Shown: piece after piece, positions 44,939-53,871 of the stretch
Position numbering within the stretch: the stretch's first letter is position 1
Layout of the letters: each line of letters opens with the position of its first letter
Assembly: GCA_963730185.1 (NCBI GenBank)
Contig: CAVSQW010000006.1
Coordinates: 352,001 to 416,000 of the forward strand
Length of the DNA: 64,000 nt
Source of the DNA: an uncultured Gemmatimonadales bacterium
Lineage (GTDB): Bacteria > Gemmatimonadota > Gemmatimonadetes > Gemmatimonadales > GWC2-71-9
Direction of reading: 5' to 3'
The notes under the pieces: generated by a model
Told to the model about the DNA's origin: nothing
The model's database searches: none
The model's input: the letters and a program-made list of their open reading frames with translations, nothing else
Program-made: the position numbers and the translations under genes

Positions 44939-45788
44939 ATGGATCTGAGCCACGTCACGAAGACCGTCGCCCTCGGCGACGAGACGTTCCCGGTGGTCGA
45001 TGTTGGATCCGGCCCCCCGGTCGTCCTCTTACACGGCTTCCCGGACTCGCGGTTCCTCTGGCGGCGTCAGGTCCCCGCGCTCGCCGAACGCCGGATACCG
45101 GGTCGTCGCGCCCGACCTCCGCGGGTTCGGCGACGCTCCCCGCCCCGCCGGGATTCACGCCTACCGCCGCCCCTTCCTGATCGCCGACGTGCTCGGCCTG
45201 CTGGACCGGCTGGAACTCGACCGGGTCCACCTGGTAGGGCACGACTGGGGCGCGTCGCTGAGCTGGCGGATCGCCGGGTCGTACCCCGACCGGATCGATC
45301 GGTTGGTCGTGCTGTCCGTCGGCGCGCCCGAGAGCCCCGGCTGGGGAACGATCGCCCAGCGGGAGAAGTCCTGGTACTTCGACTTCTTCTGCAAGCGGGG
45401 CCTGGCCGAGAAGGTCCTGACCGCCGACGACTGGAGGCTCTTCCGGGAGTGGAGCCGCGGCCAGGGAGACCAGGAGCGCCATCTCCGAGACCTCGCCCGC
45501 CCCGGCGCGCTCACCGCCGGCCTCAACTGGTATCGCGCCGCCTTCTTGCCGCCCGAGCCCGGCGAGCCTCCGGTCCCCGACCTGCCCGCCTGGGACCGGG
45601 TCAGGAGCCCGACGCTCGGGGTCTGGGGCGAGGGCGACCCCTTCCTGCTCGAGCCCCAGATCGCCGAGTCGGCTCCCTGGGTGGCCGGGCCGTGGCGGTA
45701 CGAGCGGCTCACCGGGGCCGGGCACTGGTTGATGCTGGACCGGCCCGACCCAGTCAATCGCTTGCTGCTCGAGTTCCTCGGCGCCTGA
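44939..45788 (+). CDS. epoxide-hydrolase-like alpha/beta hydrolase; frameshift near 45087
   Basis: HGFPD, PDLRGFG, GHDWG, LNWYRA, GHW. Confidence 0.88.
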
Positions 45789-45896
45789 AACGGCAATCCG
45801 AATGCCCAGAGGGTGTTTCTCTGATCTCCGTGTCCTCCCCAGCCTTCGCATATCTATACCTTGCGCCGTATATGCTTGTCACGGTATATTGGCTGG

Positions 45897-46241
45897 ATGG
45901 CATCAGCATTCGACGTCATCGCGGAGCCAAGTCGGAGGGCGATTCTGAGCCTATTGGCCTCGTCGCAACGGTCGGTCGGAGAGATCGAGCGGCAGCTTCG
46001 GATGCCCCAGCCGACGGTATCGAAGCACCTTCGCGTGCTCCGCGAGGCCGGGTTCGTGGAGGCCACGGTGGACGCGCAGCGCCGGCTCTACAGCCTCAGG
46101 CCGGGGCCCCTTCAGGAGGTGGATGCCTGGCTGGCTCCCTTCCGTCGACTCTGGTCCGCGCACGTCGATGCACTCGAGCGCCACCTCGACCGCATGGATC
46201 AGTCACCTCAAACGAAGAAGAAGTCACGGAGAACGCGATGA
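45897..46241 (+). CDS. ArsR/SmtB family regulator (probably leaderless)
   Basis: IAEPSRRAIL, QPTVSKHLRVL; TTGCGC-18-TATATT ending just upstream of the ATG. Confidence 0.9.
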   Translation: MASAFDVIAEPSRRAILSLLASSQRSVGEIERQLRMPQPTVSKHLRVLREAGFVEATVDAQRRLYSLRPGPLQEVDAWLAPFRRLWSAHVDALERHLDRMDQSPQTKKKSRRTR

Positions 46242-46864
46242 GCGCGCGCGAACGGTATGCCCCCGGTCCGGCCAGCGGGGCGCGAGTCGACAAGGCAGGC
46301 GGCACCTGGACGCTCGTCGTAGTCCGAGACCTGCACCACCCGCCGGAGAAGGTCTGGCAGGCACTCACCGACCCGGTTCACCTCCGCGAGTGGGCGCCCT
46401 TCGACGCCGACGGGAGCCTGGGCAGGGTCGGGAACACGGTGAAGCTCACGACCGTGGGAGCGCCCAAGCCGCAGGTGTCCGAAACCAAGGTGACGCGAGC
46501 CGACGCCCCCAAGGTGCTCGAGTACAAATGGGGTGGCTTCGACATGCGGTGGGAGCTCGAAGCCGTCGGCGGCGGCACTCGCCTGACGCTCTGGACCAAC
46601 ATCGATCGCCGCTTCATCGCCATGGGAGCGGCCGGGTGGCACGTTTGCTTCGACGTGCTCGATCACCTGCTCGGCGGCGATCCGATCGGCCGCCTCGTCG
46701 GGCCCGAGGCGCTCAGGTTCGAGGGCTGGCAGCGCCTGCACGTCGAGTACGCCAAGCAGTTCGGCATCGAGACACCCAGCTGGCCGCAATCGCTAGGAGG
46801 AGGACGCGATGGAAACGACCCTGCGAGGCCAGATCGGCTTCCCCCGCGGGAGGTGACCTCATGA
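46238..46864 (+). CDS. SRPBCC/AHSA1 family protein
   Basis: HPPEKVWQALTDP..LREW, AAGWHVC; ATGA-coupled to ArsR. Confidence 0.88.
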   Translation: MSARERYAPGPASGARVDKAGGTWTLVVVRDLHHPPEKVWQALTDPVHLREWAPFDADGSLGRVGNTVKLTTVGAPKPQVSETKVTRADAPKVLEYKWGGFDMRWELEAVGGGTRLTLWTNIDRRFIAMGAAGWHVCFDVLDHLLGGDPIGRLVGPEALRFEGWQRLHVEYAKQFGIETPSWPQSLGGGRDGNDPARPDRLPPREVTS

Positions 46865-47269
46865 AAAAGTCGGCCGCGAGCCAGGACCAGTCGGCACCCA
46901 AGCGCATCTCCGAGCGGGTCGCCGAGCTCGGCGACTGGCGCGGGGAAACCCTCGCTCGGATGCGGAAGCTCATTCGGGAGGCGGACCCGGACGTCGTCGA
47001 GGAGTGGAAGTGGGCCAAGGCCACCAGCCCCGGCGTCCCGGTCTGGTCGCACGACGGGATCATCTGTACCGGCGAGTCTTACAAGAAGGCGGTGAAGCTC
47101 ACCTTCGCGAAGGGCGCCTCGGTCGACGACCCAGCCGGGCTCTTCAACTCGAGCCTCGAAGGAAAGGTGCGCCGGGCAATCGACATCGCCGAAGGCGAGA
47201 CGGATTGATGCGGCGGCCTTCAAGGCGCTGATCCGACGAGCGGTTGCCCTGAACCGGTCGGGCAAGTGA
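46861..47269 (+). CDS. DUF1801 (YdhG-like) protein; extra G near 47203
   Basis: LGDWRGETL..EEWKW..LFNSSLEG..RRAID; shifted frame continues IDAAAFKALIRRAVALN. Confidence 0.85.
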
Positions 47270-47712
47270 CACCGGCGAAGAAGAAGGACAACAAGCCGTC
47301 GACGACCGCGAAGCCGGTACTCCTGTCCGGCGGCAACCCCCAGATCGCGAAGGCGGATGGAAGCGCGCCGGTCAGGGCATACCTCGCGGCGATGCCGGGG
47401 TGGAAGCGTCGGGTCGGACGGCAGCTCGATGCGCTCATCGCGAAGACGGTCCCCGAGGTGCGGAAGGCGGTGAAGTGGAACTCGCCGTTCTACGGCGTCG
47501 AGGGCCGGGGCTGGTTTCTCAACTTCCACTGCTTCGCCCGGTTCGTCCGAGTGGCGTTCTTCCGCGGCACGTCACTCCGACCCGTCCCGCCCGGCCAGTC
47601 CAAGCACCAGGACGTCCGCTACCTCGACGTCCACGAAGACCAGCCGCTCGACGAGACGCTGGTAACGAGCTGGATCCGGCAGGCGTCAGACCTGCCCGGC
47701 TGGCTCCGATAG
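47266..47712 (+). CDS. DUF1801 protein
   Basis: LLSGGNPQIAKADG, KAVKWNSPFYG. Confidence 0.88.
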   Translation: MTPAKKKDNKPSTTAKPVLLSGGNPQIAKADGSAPVRAYLAAMPGWKRRVGRQLDALIAKTVPEVRKAVKWNSPFYGVEGRGWFLNFHCFARFVRVAFFRGTSLRPVPPGQSKHQDVRYLDVHEDQPLDETLVTSWIRQASDLPGWLR

Positions 47713-47785
47713 CACGCGCGCTACAGGCGTTCGTTCGGCCTGGCTAACCCAACCAGCATCACAATCGTGCCACTGTAACCAACAG

Positions 47786-47898
47786 AATCAACCACAGAGC
47801 ACGCATGAGGGCGCCGAGGGATCTCCCTGCGTTCTCGGCCCCCTCTGCGGTTAATCAGTTGTTGTTGTCGTTTGTCGTTGTTGTTGTTGTTGTTTGTT
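47786..47898 (+). repeat. REP-like hairpin with (GTT)n tail, copy 1
   Basis: AATCAACCACAGAG...CTCTGCGGTTAATCAGTTGTTGTTG. Confidence 0.75.
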
Positions 47899-47948
47899 CA
47901 TGGCACTCCGGCCCACGAACCGTACCGCCAGGCGCCGGTGCGAACGGA

Positions 47949-49036
47949 TCACTCGTTTCGCAACGCCACGATCGGATCGACCGACGCCGCCCGGCGGGCG
48001 GGCAGGTACCCAGCCACGAGAGCGATGACGCCCAGCAGGATGGCGGCGGCGCCGAGGACGCGGGGATCGGAGGGGCTGGTGTCGAAGAGGATGGCCTGCA
48101 TGCCCCGTCCGAGGGCCAGCGCCCCGACCAGTCCGATCGCAACGCCGGTCAGCGCCAGCCGCGCCGCCCCGCTCACCACCAGACGAACGACGCCGCCGTG
48201 GGAGGCGCCGAGGGCGGCGCGGAGGCCCAGCTCGCGGGTGCGGCGCGCCACCGCGTATGACATCACGCCGTAGGTCCCGACGGCCGCCAGCACGAGGGCG
48301 ACGATCGCCGAGACGGCCAGCATCTGCGCCGTGGCGGACTGAGGCGACGTGACCGTCGCCACCACCCGGTTCATCGGCGTCACCTCACCGGCCGCCAATC
48401 GTGGGTCGAGCCGGCCTACCGCCGCCTGGGGCGCCGCCGCGAGCGTCATAGGATCGCCGCTGCGGGTCGGGATGACCAGATACGCGGTGCGCGCGGTCCA
48501 TTGCGCCAACGGCGCGTAAACCACGTCGAGGGGTGCGTCGGCCGTGAGCGGATTGCCGCGCACGTCGCCGACGACGCCCACGACCTCCATCGACCGGTTG
48601 CCCCGGACCAGGCGGCGGCCCACCGCGCCCCCAGAGGGGAAGAACCGGCGCGCCGCGCTCTCGCTCAAGACCGCGACCGGCGGGCCGTCCTGGCGGTCGG
48701 CTGGCCGCGAGGAACCGGCCGCTCACGAGCGGCACCGTGAGGCTCTGCAGGTAACCCGGCGACACCCGCCGGAACCCGGCGATGGGAGCGTCCGCGAGTC
48801 GCTCGGGCCGCTCGGTCTCCGGGTAGAAGCTGGCCCGCTGGTCGGCCCACGTCATGGGCAGCACCGTGGTCAGCTCGGCGGCCTCCGCGCCCGGTAACGC
48901 GGCGGTGGCCTCCCGCAGGCGATCCCAGAACCGGAGCACCACGCTGTCGCGGGCGTAGTCCGTCTCGGGCAGGGAGACCGCGGCCGTGAGCACCCGCTCG
49001 GTCCGGAAGCCCGGGTAGGAGACGCTCAGGCGCCGG
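47949..49036 (-). pseudogene. 3' half of an ADOP ABC permease, diverged duplicate of 53872-54956; frameshift near 48705
   Basis: roughly 90% aa identity by eye to the C-terminal half of the intact copy; ends abruptly at the junction with a REC fragment. Confidence 0.88.
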
Positions 49037-49397
49037 ATCGGTTCTCCTGGTCGAAGACGACCCCAGCGTCCGGGCCGTCACCCGGGCGATCCTCGAACGG
49101 GCGGGATACCAGGTCCTGGCCGCGGGCACCGGGGCCGAGGCGATCGAGATCTGGGACCGCGGCGATGGGATCGATCTGCTCCTGACCGACATGGTGCTCC
49201 CCGGCGGGATGAGCGGCGGCGAGCTGGCGCGGCGGCTCCGCCGCGAGCGACCCGAGTTCCGGGTTCTGGTGTTCAGCGGCTACAGCGCCGAGATCGCGGG
49301 GCGCGATCTCGGTCTCGAGAGCGGAACGCACTTCCTCCAAAAGCCCTGCACGGCGGTCCAGCTGCTGGGGAAGGTCCGGGGCTGCCTCGACGAGTGA
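49037..49397 (+). pseudogene. isolated REC domain, diverged duplicate of 44330-44690
   Basis: same 361-nt length; first about 75 nt identical, then scattered substitutions; no start codon or RBS. Confidence 0.88.
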
Positions 49398-49444
49398 TCC
49401 AACGTCGGGACCGTCCGTGAGGATCGGGAGGTGGCCGGGGAACA

Positions 49445-49994
49445 GTGGAACCACCAGCGAAGGAAGCTTGGGCCATATTTGCCGGTCGGATCGACAATGC
49501 CGCCGTCGCTCGCTTCATGTCGAACATGACCGGCGCCACAAGCGAGGGGTTTACTCATCTTCACCTCCTCTTTCAGTCGTTCGGGGGCGTCGTTGGTGAT
49601 GGTGTTTGCCTATACAATTTCTTCCGGGCTCTGCCGTCCGACCTGACGATATACAACTCGGGCAAGGTCGAGTCGATCGCGACTATCGCTTTCCTCGGAG
49701 CCGGCAGACGGGTCGCGAGCAACCGCGCCACGTTCATGGTCCACCGAAACGAGCCTTACACCATCGGTCGCCACCGCGAGACGACTGGCATCCCTCACGA
49801 AAGGCCTGCTGCTCGATGACGAGAGGACCGAGGCGATCCTGAGGGAACATCTTGATCTAACCCCCGAACAGTGGGCGGAACGGAACGGCGACCAGGATGT
49901 CGAGCTCTCGGCGGATGACGCTAAGCGAATCGGCCTCATCCATGAGATCGCGGAATTCGTCCCGCCTCGCGGCACGCGCTTGTACAACATTTAG
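49445..49994 (+). CDS. ClpP-like protease; extra A near 49747
   Basis: FQSFGG.V.DG..LYN, VESIA, FMVH, SADDAKRIGLI. Confidence 0.8.
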
Positions 49995-50201
49995 GGCCTC
50001 GACCGGTCGCGGCCTTAGGGGCTCTGCCGTCGATAGGCCTGCGTGACGTCCCGGGCCCAGCGCTCGGCCTGGCGCAGGTCGTCCAGGGTGAGAGTGCCGA
50101 GATAGGAGGAGGGCTTGGGTATGGGGGAAGGGCAGGGGGTGGAGCTCAACGGATCGCGGGCTGCCAGTTTACGAATACGTGGTAGCACGTAATCGGCAAT
50201 G

Positions 50202-50243
50202 CCGGTGTATGATAATGCCGCACCGGTGTATGATAGTGCAGCA
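50202..50243. repeat. 21-bp tandem direct repeat (x2)
   Basis: CCGGTGTATGATAATGCCGCA / CCGGTGTATGATAGTGCAGCA. Confidence 0.75.
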
Positions 50244-50318
50244 GGAGCGAATGACCCTATTGCTACCTCCACCGGGATGGGCTAGGTTGCGACGTAGGTG
50301 ACCAGTCTAGGGGGCGAC

Positions 50319-50702
50319 ATGCAGCGTTGGCGTTCGGCGGCAAGCGTGTCCGCTCTGGCGACCCTTCTATGTCTGACTGGATGCGGCGGGCACGATCGCG
50401 CCGCGCAGGTCCTCTCGCTCAAGCTCCCGGCGGGTGACAGGCTCCAAAGTCTCGCTGTGGCTTCTCCCGATACCACTGTCCTGATGGTGTACGACCCCAG
50501 CGACTGCCTGGCCTGCGGGGCACCGTATGGTGCCTGGCGCGGATGGGCGCGCGAGAGCCCGCGACGCCACGTGCGGCTCGTTCTCGCTCGCAAGCCCTCC
50601 GAACTCGAGGCGAAGGAGCTGCGCATCGCCCGAGCCGAGCTCAGTGGGATCCTTGACGGACTACTGTCCGCACGGGTGACCAGGCCGGTCACTCGGCCAT
50701 AG
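50319..50702 (+). CDS. lipoprotein with thioredoxin-like CxxC
   Basis: LTGC lipobox; VLMVYDPSDCLAC. Confidence 0.6.
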   Translation: MQRWRSAASVSALATLLCLTGCGGHDRAAQVLSLKLPAGDRLQSLAVASPDTTVLMVYDPSDCLACGAPYGAWRGWARESPRRHVRLVLARKPSELEAKELRIARAELSGILDGLLSARVTRPVTRP

Positions 50703-50787
50703 CCGCCGAGGGGCCGTAACGCCGCGTTGTAGTCGATTTCGGCGGCACCCATCCCTGGCGCGTGCTCCCTCTCCCCTCGGCGACGCA

Positions 50788-51933
50788 ATGAACCAGTTCC
50801 GTCGGGTCGGTCTCGCAGTAGGCCTAATCGTGGCGGCAGGCTGTCGTCCGCGGACGGTTGATGCAAGTGGCGCGGATGTGCGTCTGGTGTCGGTAGACAG
50901 CGTGGTGCTGGCGGAAACGGACACGTCCTTCGTCGGGAAGCCGGCGATGTTCTTTGGGCTGGGCCCCGATGGCTCGTTCCTCATCCCGGACCAGACCAGT
51001 GATCGCTTGATGGTGTACGATCGCGACGGCCGCCTTCGCCAGTTCGTCGGGCGGCGGGGCCAGGGGCCTGGTGAGATGTCAACTGTCGGGATCACGACCT
51101 TTGTCGTCGACTCGTTGCTGATCCATGCGACGATGGGACGGTCGATTCATATGTTCGCCTGGCCAACGGGCCGATGGGTCAGGACCCTCCACGTCCGCGG
51201 CTTCGTGACGTCGGCCGCAGCTCTTGGGGGCCGCCTGTTCTTTGGCGACTACGATCCCTTTGTCCGCCGTGGGGTGGTCGTCCTCGAGCGCGAGGCCTTG
51301 GTCACTGAGGATACGGCCCAGGTTGGTGCATCCCTCGTAGAGTTTCCGAGGGACTACGTGACCTACCCCGACTTCGATATGTTTAACTCCGTGCTGATCG
51401 CCGCGTGGCCCGACACGTTGGCCGTGGGATTCGGTGGCACCGACTTTCTCGTGCTGTACGACCTGCGGGGAGCCCCGACCGACACCCTATGGATCCCACC
51501 GGTGCGGCGGCGTGGCATTCCCGAGGCAGCGAAGCGACTGTTCCGGCCGAACGCCGGGTCCTTCCCGGACCGGCTGGCGGCCGTCTCCGGTCTGTACGGT
51601 CTCTGGCGTCCCGACGAGGGCGGACTACTCGCTTGGTACGGCGATGGGGAAACGCACGGTGTCCCGGGCCAGCCGATGGAGGTGCTGAACCAGGCCTGGC
51701 TCTCATTGATCGACCCCGGTTTGCGGCGCGCCTGCGTCGACATCCGGGTCCCGGCGTTCGACACGAAGATTCCGCGGCTCGCCTTCCGGCACGATACGCT
51801 TTATGCGCTCGATCAGGTGGTGCCGGATCAGGAAGGGAAGTCGCCTCGGACGGTGATTCGCCGGTTTGTCATTGATCGGTCGCGTTGTGACTGGCAGCCG
51901 GTCAAGGTCGCTCACGCTTCGCCCAGGCCTTGA
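50788..51933 (+). CDS. 6-bladed beta-propeller (NHL-like) lipoprotein
   Basis: AAGC lipobox; VYDRDG...VGRRGQGPGE. Confidence 0.75.
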   Translation: MNQFRRVGLAVGLIVAAGCRPRTVDASGADVRLVSVDSVVLAETDTSFVGKPAMFFGLGPDGSFLIPDQTSDRLMVYDRDGRLRQFVGRRGQGPGEMSTVGITTFVVDSLLIHATMGRSIHMFAWPTGRWVRTLHVRGFVTSAAALGGRLFFGDYDPFVRRGVVVLEREALVTEDTAQVGASLVEFPRDYVTYPDFDMFNSVLIAAWPDTLAVGFGGTDFLVLYDLRGAPTDTLWIPPVRRRGIPEAAKRLFRPNAGSFPDRLAAVSGLYGLWRPDEGGLLAWYGDGETHGVPGQPMEVLNQAWLSLIDPGLRRACVDIRVPAFDTKIPRLAFRHDTLYALDQVVPDQEGKSPRTVIRRFVIDRSRCDWQPVKVAHASPRP

Positions 51934-52056
51934 TCTCGAGCGAGGTCTGCCGGACGCCCAACGTCTATCGATGAGGAAGCGACCTGTTTCAGGGACCGGC
52001 CGGGCCGACGCGACAGAGAGCGAAACGCCGACCAGCCTCGGTGATCCAGCGTCTGC

Positions 52057-52203
52057 CTACTTGCTCTTCTTCTTGTCCGGGGCCTGGGTCAGCACCGACG
52101 CCGCCAGCTTCTTCGCCTCGGCGGTCGTGGGCTTCTTGGCACCGGAGAGCACCTTCGAGGCGAGCGACGCGACGCCCTTCGACGTCTTCTCGTTCTTGGC
52201 CAT
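52057..52203 (-). CDS. 48-aa basic small protein
   Basis: AGGAGG RBS; MAKNEKTSKGVASLASKVL...AKKLAASVLTQAPDKKKSK. Confidence 0.75.
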   Translation of the reverse strand: MAKNEKTSKGVASLASKVLSGAKKPTTAEAKKLAASVLTQAPDKKKSK

Positions 52204-52392
52204 CAGGTACAACCTCCTGCATCCGGCAAACCCCTTGCTACCGGCGGAGTTGGCGGCCATGATTGTGGTGCATTCCACGAATCATGGGACTCCGGTCCCG
52301 GCCTCCCGGTGAGCAGCCTACCGCGCCCGGTGGGAGATTCGGCGCCCGTCCTCAGTGACAAGCTGGGAGCGGGCGTTCTTCCGTTCCTTCAA

Positions 52393-53466
52393 TCAAGCGA
52401 GGCGCAGATGGCCTGCTCGTCCGAAGTCGGAGCGAAACTGGTCGACGTTCTGATGAAGCGCCGAGCTGAGCGCTTTCGCCGTGAAGTTCAGCTCCCCAAG
52501 GTGCCTCTCGACGAGCTTGGTCAGGGCTCGCGGTCGCTCTGACGGAAGCTCGACTGGCTCATCGGACCTTCGCAGCTCGATCCAGAACCTTCGAGCGTGA
52601 CGCTCAGATATCATCCCGGACCGCTGGGAGCGCATCAGAATTGCCTGCATGGACAGGCCCCAGTGCTTCTTCAGGCTGGCCATCCGGTGCAAGTTCAGAT
52701 ATCGAAGGTGACCGCTCACTGCCCGGAACGACATCAAGAACTCCGACGCAAATCGGAACGCTTCCTCCTCGGTGTCCTTGCCCTCGGCAGGATTACGGAG
52801 GTGGTGGTGAAGGACGATATGGGCAACGTCGTGTGCCAACGTGGGGCGCCAACGGTCAGTCGACTGGGTCGGGTTCATAATGACCATCGGCGGGAGCGAG
52901 TCGTTGGGTTCATAGATGCTGAGCCCGTCGACTTGTGCCGTCCCGAAGTCGATCGCCACAACCAGGATGCCATGGCTCTCAACGACACTTGTGAGGTCGC
53001 GGACCGGTCCCGGCGCGACGTTCCAATAGACGCGCAGTAGGCCGGCCGCGTCCTCTGGGCTCTTGCCCTCCTTGGCGAGGTCGGTCAAGAGCACCCGGGG
53101 GGTGAGATCGGCGTCCAGGCTTCGCAGCAGGATCTCGATTCGCAGCCGAAAGAGGTTGACCGTGGCCCGGATCGCGGCAACGTCCCGGGCCCCGATCCGG
53201 GTCTTCTTCCGGAAGAACGTTGCTGGCACCTGCGTGAACCGCACGGGATGTCGGAAGAGTGAAACGGGATAGTCCAGGCGCTCCGCGATGCTGTCGAGGA
53301 CTTCGTCCGTCGGCCTGATGATCCCGGCCTCCATCTGAGAGAGAGCGCCCTGGGTGACCCCGACTGCCTTGGCGAGGGCCGTTTGCGAGAGGCGACGGGA
53401 CTCACGCCCGATAACCAGCATGAGGGGCGAGAACTCAGCCACGCGCGTCCTGGTGTTGCGTTCCAT
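52393..53466 (-). CDS. XRE HTH fused to an ImmA/IrrE (M78) domain with a degenerate motif
   Basis: SQTALAKAVGVTQGALSQME; TLAHDVAH, EEEAFRFASEFLM, LKKHWGLS. Confidence 0.85.
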   Translation of the reverse strand: MERNTRTRVAEFSPLMLVIGRESRRLSQTALAKAVGVTQGALSQMEAGIIRPTDEVLDSIAERLDYPVSLFRHPVRFTQVPATFFRKKTRIGARDVAAIRATVNLFRLRIEILLRSLDADLTPRVLLTDLAKEGKSPEDAAGLLRVYWNVAPGPVRDLTSVVESHGILVVAIDFGTAQVDGLSIYEPNDSLPPMVIMNPTQSTDRWRPTLAHDVAHIVLHHHLRNPAEGKDTEEEAFRFASEFLMSFRAVSGHLRYLNLHRMASLKKHWGLSMQAILMRSQRSGMISERHARRFWIELRRSDEPVELPSERPRALTKLVERHLGELNFTAKALSSALHQNVDQFRSDFGRAGHLRLA

Positions 53467-53759
53467 CGGTCTCACTCCTACGCCGCTGCTCTTCCTGGGC
53501 CTCGATGTCCGCCGCGCTGTCGCGCAGGGTCAGGAACTCAAGCGTTCCTGGGTCAACTTGGCGTTCACCGTCTTCACCCGCTCGGCCGCGGCGGCCGCGG
53601 CCCGGTACCAGGCCACGCCGGTCACGCCGGCGCCGAGCACCGCGGCGATCGGGAGCGCCCACCAGCGAAGGCGGGTCATGGCTGGGAATCCCCGCATGGC
53701 TCGAGCACGCCGTTGGTGCAGAACGCGGGGAATCGACCGGCCCGAATCGAGGCCCGCAG

Positions 53760-53839
53760 AATCAACCGCGGACAGCGCAGAGGTCGCGGAGCTCTCTGCG
53801 TGCTCTGCGGCGTCCGCGGTTGAGCAGTTGTTGTTGTTA
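53760..53839 (+). repeat. REP-like hairpin with (GTT)n tail, copy 2
   Basis: TCAACCGCGGAC...GTCCGCGGTTGA perfect outer stem, CGCAGAG/CTCTGCG inner stem, then GCAGTTGTTGTTGTT. Confidence 0.8.
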
Positions 53840-53871
53840 CGATAGGATGTCGGTTGACGGCGGGTGACCGG

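Noticed and set aside
50015..50110. Minus-strand fragment LGTLTLDDLRQAERWARDV; also fragments near 28350 and 44770
   Set aside because: Coding-like, but no start codon or identifiable family; probably more scars
53530..53679. 49-aa minus-strand ORF MTRLRWWALPIAAVLGAGVTGVAWYR...
   Set aside because: Looks like a truncated membrane-anchored N-terminus at the cargo edge; too little evidence to call a gene or toxin
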